This document shows, piece by piece, positions 8,821 through 15,616 of a DNA stretch of 20,000 bases (positions are counted from its first letter, which is position 1; every line of letters starts with the position of its first letter). The stretch covers positions 55,234-75,233 of IMG/VR virus record IMGVR_UViG_3300021961_000062. One strand, written 5' to 3'. The notes beneath the pieces were generated by a model. That model made no database searches and was not told the origin of the DNA. It saw only the letters and a program-made list of their open reading frames with translations. The translations under genes were made by a program, and so were the position numbers. The stretch is from an uncultured virus (IMG/VR IMGVR_UViG_3300021961_000062) (taxonomy: Duplodnaviria > Heunggongvirae > Uroviricota > Caudoviricetes).

Positions 8821-9404
8821 GTCTCATCTATTTCTGTTAATTTATGTATTTCTAAGGGATTTGTAAAGTGTTGGTTATAATCTGTATTAAATTTGATAAC
8901 CTTTTTGTTTTTTGGTTTCTGACTAATAATAGGCTCAGAATCTGTAACCCACAAATCACATTGTTTCCATAGATTTGGTATTTCAGAACTTATTGAGAAC
9001 CTCACATTGTTACCCATAAAACCATTTCTGGATAAAAAGAATAATGTTGATGGTTTTGCTTTCCCTAATTCATCCAATCCAATCAAAGTAAATCTGTGTT
9101 CCTTATTTTGATAAATTAAATTATTTAAATCCAAAAAAACGTTAGGATAACTCCCATTTGCGTGTCCAAAGATTTCTACCGAATAGTCTATGAAAGTGAA
9201 ATTATCAAATTCGTCTTTTGATTGGAATCGATAACTTTCTAATAGATGGTTATTTCTAACAGGTTCGGTTACTGCGTAGTCAAATTGATTCTCCTCGTCC
9301 GTTTTTTCCTCGGGCTCCGAATCTAAGTAATAATCTTTGTAGTGATAATCAAACTTAGCAATTGTGTTCCTTAATACACCATCTATACTGATAAAAATTT
9401 CCAT
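8754..9404 (-). CDS. HAD-superfamily 5'(3')-deoxyribonucleotidase-like protein with degenerate motif I
   Basis: IFISIDGVLRN (normally hhhDxDGVL.D), CDLWVTDS (motif IV-like) and VIKFNTDYNQH (NT5C-type 'F..pyN'). Confidence 0.7.
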   Translation of the reverse strand: MEIFISIDGVLRNTIAKFDYHYKDYYLDSEPEEKTDEENQFDYAVTEPVRNNHLLESYRFQSKDEFDNFTFIDYSVEIFGHANGSYPNVFLDLNNLIYQNKEHRFTLIGLDELGKAKPSTLFFLSRNGFMGNNVRFSISSEIPNLWKQCDLWVTDSEPIISQKPKNKKVIKFNTDYNQHFTNPLEIHKLTEIDETWLKSSENIIISTLTRLLKVVK

Positions 9405-9410
9405 AAACTT

Positions 9411-9439
9411 AATATAATAAATTTTTTATTATAAGTAAA
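9411..9439 (-). promoter_or_regulatory. Sigma70-like promoter TTTACT-N17-TATATT
   Basis: Occupies the 37-bp gap upstream of the HAD-GT-GT-sigma genes. Same architecture as the sites at 12816 and 13474. Confidence 0.5.
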
Positions 9440-9441
9440 GG

Positions 9442-10140
9442 TTAGTCATATCTTTTTAGGATTTGACTAATTATGGGGTTTCTAACAATGTCGTTATCCC
9501 CGAATTCAAAGACGCCAATATTCTTAACTCCTGCCAATCTAACTTTAGCGTCATAAAGACCACTCTTAGTTTTGTCTTTAAACTTATCTGATTGTTCTAA
9601 GTCACCCGAAATAAAGAACTTAGTATTAAATCCAATACGGGTTAATAACAATTTCATTTGTGCGGGTGTTGCGTTTTGTGCCTCTTCAAAAATCAGAATT
9701 GTATTATCTACGTTCCATCCTCTCATATATGCCAATGCAGCAACCTCTATATATCCCTCATCTTTGAGTTTTTCTCTACACTCCTTACCGATTATTTTAT
9801 TTAATAGATAATATGATGGGAAGATGTAGGGATCTAATTTTTCCTCTAATCCACCAGGTAATGACCCTAATTTTTCTTCTGCTTCGACGGCCGGTCTAAC
9901 AATAATTATTTTTTCGTATTTGTTGTCATCGTCATGTAATAGATCTACCGCCTTTTTCATGGCGATATATGATTTACCCACACCCGCAGGACCGAAACAC
10001 AAAGTAATTTCGTTATTATGTAAAATGTCCCAATATTCTCTTTGAGAATCTGTTAGGAATTTTTCTCTTGGTTTCTTAAAGATTTCTCTGATTTTCTCTT
10101 TATGTGTTAACCGTCTTTCAATAGGTCTTCTTTGAGCCAT
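9442..10140 (-). CDS. phoH: PhoH-like ATPase
   Basis: Walker A GPAGVGKS, RPAVEAEEKLGSLPG, LAYMRG, EEAQN, LLTRIG, SGDLEQSD and DIVRNPII are all PhoH family motifs. Confidence 0.95.
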   Translation of the reverse strand: MAQRRPIERRLTHKEKIREIFKKPREKFLTDSQREYWDILHNNEITLCFGPAGVGKSYIAMKKAVDLLHDDDNKYEKIIIVRPAVEAEEKLGSLPGGLEEKLDPYIFPSYYLLNKIIGKECREKLKDEGYIEVAALAYMRGWNVDNTILIFEEAQNATPAQMKLLLTRIGFNTKFFISGDLEQSDKFKDKTKSGLYDAKVRLAGVKNIGVFEFGDNDIVRNPIISQILKRYD

Positions 10141-10164
10141 TAATATTATTTCGTATTATTTAAT

Positions 10165-10767
10165 TTATTTTCCAGTGGAACCAAACCCACCATTACCTCT
10201 TTCACTATCACTTAGTTCTTCCACTTCTGTGAAAACTACATTAGGATACGGTATTACCATTATTTGTACAATTCGATCACCCACATCGTATTTGATAGAG
10301 TCTAAACCGTTTGTTTTATTAAATGTCGCTTGGATCTCACCTCGATATCCACTATCTATTACACCAACGGAATTACTTAACTCTAATTCCATTTTTCTTA
10401 TTGATGATCTTGGGAACACCAACCCAACGTAACCTTTTGGTATTTCAACCGCAATACCCGTCCCATACGTAACTTGAGATGTAGTATTACCGATGATTTC
10501 TGTTGCGGTGATATCCATACCGGCATCTCCCTCTTTAGAATATGAAGGGATAACGGCGTTGGGGTGTAACTTCTTTATTTTACATGATAATTTGACTGAA
10601 TCTAACAGTCTTTCACCATTTACAAACTCAGTAGCGTCATTAGACAATGAACCTAAGACGTTTTCAATTTCTTTGATATACTCGTCATCAACATCATCAC
10701 TAGTGGATAGTGTTCTCTCGAAATCCTCTAATTTTTCTAAGTATTGTCTTATTAGTTTTTCATCCAT
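10165..10767 (-). CDS. dut: Trimeric dUTPase with acidic N-terminal extension
   Basis: All five motifs are present: AGMDI, PRSS, GVIDSGYRGEI, GDRIVQ, RGNGGFGSTG. The start at 10767 (ATGGATGA overlap with the upstream stop) is preferred over 10779. Confidence 0.95.
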   Translation of the reverse strand: MDEKLIRQYLEKLEDFERTLSTSDDVDDEYIKEIENVLGSLSNDATEFVNGERLLDSVKLSCKIKKLHPNAVIPSYSKEGDAGMDITATEIIGNTTSQVTYGTGIAVEIPKGYVGLVFPRSSIRKMELELSNSVGVIDSGYRGEIQATFNKTNGLDSIKYDVGDRIVQIMVIPYPNVVFTEVEELSDSERGNGGFGSTGK

Positions 10768-11320
10768 GTTTTTGTTCAAATATTGCTAACTCAAACCCTT
10801 GTTTTACAACTTGGGCCAATGGTGTTGAGTGATACTTTGCTTGTAGATCATCGTCACCTTTATCAGAATTCACTATTGTTTGATATTCTTCTTCAGTTAA
10901 ACTAACCCCGTACTTAGAACAATAGTATGCCGATCTTTCACCCACTCTCATGGAAACTAATTGATCATTAAATTCATACATTTTACCTAAGTTCTTTCTG
11001 TGCCACTCACTCTCATTTGGTTTAAATAAGAATACTTTTCCTATCTGAGAAAGGATGGTACATTTTAAAATAGATGACACATCTTGTTGTAGTTTCTCGG
11101 GTAAGAGACCGTTCACCTTAACCGCATATTTTGATGCGATGAAGATATGTTCTAATAACCCACCAGGGTATGCACCGTACATATCAAGGGAAGTAGAAGC
11201 GGGTGCGACATAAAGGTCGTCACCCAAGAATTCTAACAAAGATTCCGTTAGAACACCATACTTCTCGGATGTCTCTAATAATTTAGATTTATTTTTTTCT
11301 ATTTGTTCTTTATTCAACAT
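10760..11320 (-). CDS. HD-domain (YhaM/Cbf1-like) protein with degenerate HD motif
   Basis: APAS......AYPGGLLEH matches the YhaM-type 'aPAs...Hhay.GGLleH'. The LHDIGK position reads LSQIGK. Confidence 0.75.
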   Translation of the reverse strand: MLNKEQIEKNKSKLLETSEKYGVLTESLLEFLGDDLYVAPASTSLDMYGAYPGGLLEHIFIASKYAVKVNGLLPEKLQQDVSSILKCTILSQIGKVFLFKPNESEWHRKNLGKMYEFNDQLVSMRVGERSAYYCSKYGVSLTEEEYQTIVNSDKGDDDLQAKYHSTPLAQVVKQGFELAIFEQKHG

Positions 11321-11325
11321 AATAA

Positions 11326-11559
11326 TTAACCTTTGTAATACTCGGGAGTTATTTTAGAGTCAATGACACATTCAATTTGCATCTTGGCAATTGAAATACT
11401 TTCACTTGATCTCATATCTTCTGACCGATACTTTGATAATACTAATGTCGCCTCTTCAACGGACTCCGCTTCAACGACGTACTTAACTTTTTGGACTCTT
11501 GGGTTACCTGATCTGTCCAATTGTTCTAATTCATAACCTACTGTTGCTAAATAATACAT
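11326..11559 (-). CDS. DUF4494-like small protein
   Basis: YYLATVGYE...G..RVQKVKYVVEAESVEEA resembles the Bacteroidota DUF4494 pattern 'wfeckvrYek...G..kkv.e.YlVdA.SftEAE'. Recognised from memory. Confidence 0.6.
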   Translation of the reverse strand: MYYLATVGYELEQLDRSGNPRVQKVKYVVEAESVEEATLVLSKYRSEDMRSSESISIAKMQIECVIDSKITPEYYKG

Positions 11560-11568
11560 AATTTTAAT

Positions 11569-12795
11569 TTATTTAATTATTGATTTTAAGAATTCCACTC
11601 TGTTTTTAGAAACAGTGGAGAGGGAATATTTGTCTTTCACTGTTTCGTATAATCTATTACCAAGATCCTCAATCATATTCGGATTGTCAACTAATTTTTT
11701 CATATGTTGGAACCACTGTTTGTGATTTTTGGATGATTGTACTAATAAACCATTACCCTTATCGGTAAATTTACCGTCTTCCCACGCGTTTACAACATCA
11801 AGTAGATAAGGATTCTCGGCGGTCGCAATTATTGCTTTCTTATGAAATCCCGCCTCAATTACTTTTAGTTGTGACTTCTGTTCGTTGAATTCGGTTTTAA
11901 CCAACGGAGCCAAAGAAACATCAAAATAATTGTAATTGGTGGCGTACTTGTTTATGTCCATAGTCCATCTACGAACATACGGCTGATCTAAATCATTGGG
12001 GTAAGGGGTTTGGGACCAACTATTCAGATAATTCGAATAGTCGGAATCTAAAGATTTATAATCGTTTGTGAAGATTTTTTCATATTTAAACCATACAGTT
12101 TCTTCCGGTTTAATTGGTCTTTCTCTTACTTCACCTGTTAATTTATTAATCTCCCTCATGTTACCTCTCAGATCGAATCCACAAAGAACGAATTGGGTAG
12201 TACCCTTATATTGGTTTTGAATTTGACTTATTCCTCCTCGTAATAACTCTAAATCATGGAGATGTGAGGACCCACCTAACCAACCAAACCTGACTTTATC
12301 CGATTTAATTGGGTTGGGTTTGAATTGTGGGTCAGTTTCATCAACCGCGTTAGGGAAAACAAACACATTTTTTTGTCCTAACAGTTTTTTTATTGTGTTC
12401 GCATAAACGGGAGTTGTTGTAGTCACATAATCCGCGGATCTGATAAATTCACCACGTTTTTTTGGTAGTTCTGCCTTTCTGAAAGATTCATAGTTTGGGT
12501 GTCTTTGATCGATTCTCCAAAAATCATCGGTATCCATAACAACTTTAATCCCTTTACTCTTCAACCATGAAATTCTTTTCATGTTTTCTTCATGACTTGA
12601 CTTATGGATGAAACTATGAAAAACAACAATATCATAATTTTTAAAATAGTCGTCATCGTTAGGCACATCGAATACAATATCCACATGTACCTCACTTGAG
12701 TGATTATCTCCGATAAAGGTAAAAGGATCTATGATTCTAAATTTCCCAACCCCATGTGAATCCGAGGGTATGGCTAATACTCTAACTTTTGACAT
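11569..12795 (-). CDS. Glycosyltransferase, GT-B fold (GT4-like, phage type)
   Basis: DSHGVGKFRIIDP, VMDTDDFW, ADYVTTTTP, VFPNAVD, RFGWLGGSSHLHDL and DVSLAPL...FNEQKSQLKVIEAG. Confidence 0.85.
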   Translation of the reverse strand: MSKVRVLAIPSDSHGVGKFRIIDPFTFIGDNHSSEVHVDIVFDVPNDDDYFKNYDIVVFHSFIHKSSHEENMKRISWLKSKGIKVVMDTDDFWRIDQRHPNYESFRKAELPKKRGEFIRSADYVTTTTPVYANTIKKLLGQKNVFVFPNAVDETDPQFKPNPIKSDKVRFGWLGGSSHLHDLELLRGGISQIQNQYKGTTQFVLCGFDLRGNMREINKLTGEVRERPIKPEETVWFKYEKIFTNDYKSLDSDYSNYLNSWSQTPYPNDLDQPYVRRWTMDINKYATNYNYFDVSLAPLVKTEFNEQKSQLKVIEAGFHKKAIIATAENPYLLDVVNAWEDGKFTDKGNGLLVQSSKNHKQWFQHMKKLVDNPNMIEDLGNRLYETVKDKYSLSTVSKNRVEFLKSIIK

Positions 12796-12815
12796 ATAAT
12801 TTCGTTATATATCAA

Positions 12816-12844
12816 AATATAAGAAAAAAAAAGTAAGAAATCAA
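12816..12844 (-). promoter_or_regulatory. Sigma70-like promoter TTGATT-N17-TATATT
   Basis: Lies in the 52-bp gap upstream of the GT-B/DUF4494/HD/dut/phoH genes. The spacer contains a T9 run. Confidence 0.55.
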
Positions 12845-12847
12845 TCC

Positions 12848-13456
12848 TTACTTACTTTTATTTACTCCTGTGATTTTACCTTTAAAGATGGAATCTCCTA
12901 CTTTTAAGACCAAGTTTTCATTGATAGATGCGGTCTGTTGTGCTGTGAGTAGAAGAGTTAATTTACGATCGACGATTTCCTCTAATGTATCTTTAATCGT
13001 TTCCTTTATAAGGGATTTGATCTCCTCGTTAAGTGAGGTGTTGGGTTGGGTGATTGTACCGACTGGTTGTTGATTTGATAGTGGGGTTTTTTTAGTTGAT
13101 AAACCTTCTCTCTCCATTAATTTTTTGGCACCCTCAACAAATTTTAAATCTAACCCATCCGATAATGAAATGTTATCCATTGTTGGTATTGGGTTCTTTA
13201 TCATCGCCTCCTTTATAGATTCGGGCAATTTTGAATTCCTAATTTTGTCTTCATTAACAATTGGTGATGAGACCGATTTAGGTTTTGATGGGTTCTGATT
13301 TGACATTAAGACTTCTGGAGATTCCAATAATGCTGATGGGTCTATATTACCCTTAGTGAACGTTCCTCCGTCCACTACATTCATAACTTTTTTGGCATTA
13401 ACGAGTTTCCTCATAAGATCATTCTCGTTTATAACTCCTGTTCCTTGTTGTGACAT
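12848..13456 (-). CDS. Hypothetical protein (202 aa), partly disordered
   Basis: Clear ORF with a conserved-looking NSKLPESIKEAMIKNPI core, a helix LNEEIKSLIKETIK and a C-terminal beta-hairpin. Confidence 0.8.
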   Translation of the reverse strand: MSQQGTGVINENDLMRKLVNAKKVMNVVDGGTFTKGNIDPSALLESPEVLMSNQNPSKPKSVSSPIVNEDKIRNSKLPESIKEAMIKNPIPTMDNISLSDGLDLKFVEGAKKLMEREGLSTKKTPLSNQQPVGTITQPNTSLNEEIKSLIKETIKDTLEEIVDRKLTLLLTAQQTASINENLVLKVGDSIFKGKITGVNKSK

Positions 13457-13473
13457 ATTTTAAAACTTTATAT

Positions 13474-13502
13474 AATATAACAATTTTATTTTTAATTATA
13501 AA
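13474..13502 (-). promoter_or_regulatory. Sigma70-like promoter TTTATA-N17-TATATT
   Basis: TATATT lies 17 nt upstream of ATG 13456. The -35-like hexamer overlaps the last codons of the WYL gene. The region is very AT-rich, so this call is weaker. Confidence 0.35.
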
Positions 13503-14196
13503 GTAATTCTTTGATTCTCTTTATATTCTCGTTCAAACCATCGTAGTTGTTGTCCTCCCCGTCTTGGTCGTTATCTTGGTCGTCACCTTTAGGTGGTTCC
13601 ATACTTGGGGTATTTTCGGGTTCGGGTTGAGGTAGTTCATTTGATTGTGGTTCAACGGATTGTTCGGGTTCTGTGGTGTCGACTCTTTGGGGATCCGTAT
13701 CTTGAACTCTTGGTTCTTGTGGTTCTGATTGTTGTGTGGGTTCTGATTTCGGTTCTTCAGGTTTTTGAGGTTCAGGTGTTGAGGACCAATCAGACGTGAC
13801 ATAAGTAACTAACATTGAGTTATCATTCCCTTCTTTATAACCAGGTCTCTTAACGTCAAACGTCTCATCCTCAAAGATCTCTATTTGATTCATTCTAGAA
13901 ACAATGAAAGTTCTCCAATTACCCTTTTCAAATCCTGTCTTAGATCTTGAAGGTGGTGCCACCCAAGCCCTAACAATCATTTTGCCTGTTTTGGAAGATC
14001 CCATGGCAACCATTTCGGCTTTGATCCTTTTACCTGGTTGTACCTCACCTCGTGGTCCATTATAAAAGAATGTCACGGGATGTCTTTTTTTAATTGCGTT
14101 GGCTAAAGACCCGGGTCTTCCGGTTTTCCTATTAAGGGTTGCAGGTACTTTCTGCTCCCCCAATAAAAAGTTATATATGTCTTTAATTAACTTCAT
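13492..14196 (-). CDS. Stand-alone WYL-domain protein with acidic Pro/Glu/Gln-rich tail
   Basis: LANAIKKRHPVTFFY...R..AEMVAMG......IVRAW......WRTFIVSRMNQIEI matches the WYL consensus 'Ai.....v.f.Y...R.veP..l.....yl.aw.....RtFrldRi..l'. Confidence 0.75.
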   Translation of the reverse strand: MKLIKDIYNFLLGEQKVPATLNRKTGRPGSLANAIKKRHPVTFFYNGPRGEVQPGKRIKAEMVAMGSSKTGKMIVRAWVAPPSRSKTGFEKGNWRTFIVSRMNQIEIFEDETFDVKRPGYKEGNDNSMLVTYVTSDWSSTPEPQKPEEPKSEPTQQSEPQEPRVQDTDPQRVDTTEPEQSVEPQSNELPQPEPENTPSMEPPKGDDQDNDQDGEDNNYDGLNENIKRIKELLYN

Positions 14197-15137
14197 TAGA
14201 AATCGGGGTAGCCGTTAGACTCACTAAAATTATTTCTTGCGATGTGTTGAACTCTTTCGTTAATGTCTGTTCGAGTTCCTACACTGTTGTTATTCTCTGC
14301 TCTACCCTTTTCGTCTCCGTCTGAAATTGCGTTAGGGTGGACTAATCCATAACCGTTATTTTCGTTATAAATATTTCTAGCAACATTGTCTGTTCGTGTG
14401 TTAATGTCGGTCAATCCACCGACATTATTACTATTTAAACCCTTTCCTGGCTCATCTCCACTTGACAACGCATTTGGGTGATTAATACCATATCCATTAT
14501 TAGGTCCGTAGATGTTTCTAGAGACAACGTCGTTACGTGTATTAATATCGGTTAAGGACCCAATCATCTCATTATTTTCACCTTTACCTTTATCATCCCC
14601 ATCAGATAGGGCGTTTTGATGTGTTACCCCATAACCATTATTTTGGTTATATGTGTTTCTCCCAATATTATCAATTCTGGTGTTGATGTCAGTAGAACCT
14701 CCGATTTTACCGTTATTTTCACCTTTTCCCAATTCATCACCGTCTGAAATAGCGTTGGGGTGGTTGACACCATAACCATTATTTTGATTGTAAGTGTTTC
14801 TACCTAAATGTTCCTGTCTTTGATTGATATCCGTAAACGTACCTATCTGACCGTTATTTTCACCCCTACCATATTCATCACCATCGGATATGGCGTTGGG
14901 GTTTTGTAAACCATAACCAAATTCGGAGGAATAACGATTTCTTCCAATAGAATCTAACCTGTTATTTATGTCGACAGAAGACCCAACATTACCATTATTC
15001 TCTCCTTTACCTCTTTCATCTCCACTTGAAATTGCATTATTGTGGTTGGAGTCATAACCGCTGTCTGACTTATAAATGTTTTTAACTATCGCCTCTTGTC
15101 TAAACTTATCCGATATTAAATCTATTTGACTTGCCAT
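14196..15137 (-). CDS. Asn/Gly-rich tandem repeat protein (6 x 47 aa)
   Basis: 313 aa = 19 + 6x47 + 12. Coupled by TAATG overlaps on both sides. Confidence 0.9.
   Translation of the reverse strand: MASQIDLISDKFRQEAIVKNIYKSDSGYDSNHNNAISSGDERGKGENNGNVGSSVDINNRLDSIGRNRYSSEFGYGLQNPNAISDGDEYGRGENNGQIGTFTDINQRQEHLGRNTYNQNNGYGVNHPNAISDGDELGKGENNGKIGGSTDINTRIDNIGRNTYNQNNGYGVTHQNALSDGDDKGKGENNEMIGSLTDINTRNDVVSRNIYGPNNGYGINHPNALSSGDEPGKGLNSNNVGGLTDINTRTDNVARNIYNENNGYGLVHPNAISDGDEKGRAENNNSVGTRTDINERVQHIARNNFSESNGYPDF
14235..15080 (-). repeat. Six diverged 141-nt coding tandem repeats
   Basis: Unit consensus NxYxxNNGYGxxHPNAISDGDExGKGENNxxIGxxTDINxRxxxxxR, with exact 47-aa spacing and no indels. Confidence 0.95.
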
Positions 15138-15616
15138 TATAATAATTCTTTGATTCTTTTTATTTCCTCAAAAACACCTAAGGATGATATTGGAGTGACT
15201 GATGTTTTATCTGAATTCGATTTTAACATATTTGTAGGGACACTGTAATTTGATTTCTTTTTATGTGTTTTTAGGAACGCGTTTTTTCTATCAATCTGAC
15301 CAATGTTATTTGATCTTTGTTGTGATTTTTTGTTTTTCTCAATCAGGTCTCTTTCCCCGTCTAAAAATGTCCTACCCCAATTTAACATCTCATCACCACC
15401 GGCTAAATTATATTGTATAAGTGGTAGTGATCCGCTTTCTAAATCATGTATAATTCTTTTTAGTTGGGCGTATGATACGTTCTTTGTTCTAAGTAAGTTC
15501 TTAGCTCTTTGAGTGCCATCAACAGATTTATCCTCTAACGACGTGAATACCTTATGTATATAATTAAACACATTGTCAGGAATCTGAAAATTTCTATTCT
15601 TGAGCCTACTATTCAT
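15137..15616 (-). CDS. Basic hypothetical protein (159 aa) ending in EEIKRIKELL
   Basis: Clear ORF, TAATG-coupled on both sides. Confidence 0.8.
   Translation of the reverse strand: MNSRLKNRNFQIPDNVFNYIHKVFTSLEDKSVDGTQRAKNLLRTKNVSYAQLKRIIHDLESGSLPLIQYNLAGGDEMLNWGRTFLDGERDLIEKNKKSQQRSNNIGQIDRKNAFLKTHKKKSNYSVPTNMLKSNSDKTSVTPISSLGVFEEIKRIKELL

Noticed and set aside
9572..10789. + strand ORFs opposite phoH and dut
   Set aside because: Antisense shadows of well-conserved genes.
13533..13802. Overlapping alternate-frame ORFs in the WYL tail
   Set aside because: By-product of low-complexity Pro/Glu/Gln codons that lack stops in other frames.
14235..15080. 141-nt periodicity as a CRISPR array or non-coding repeat
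   Set aside because: The repeats are diverged at third codon positions, in frame, and have no repeat-spacer structure, so they are protein-coding.
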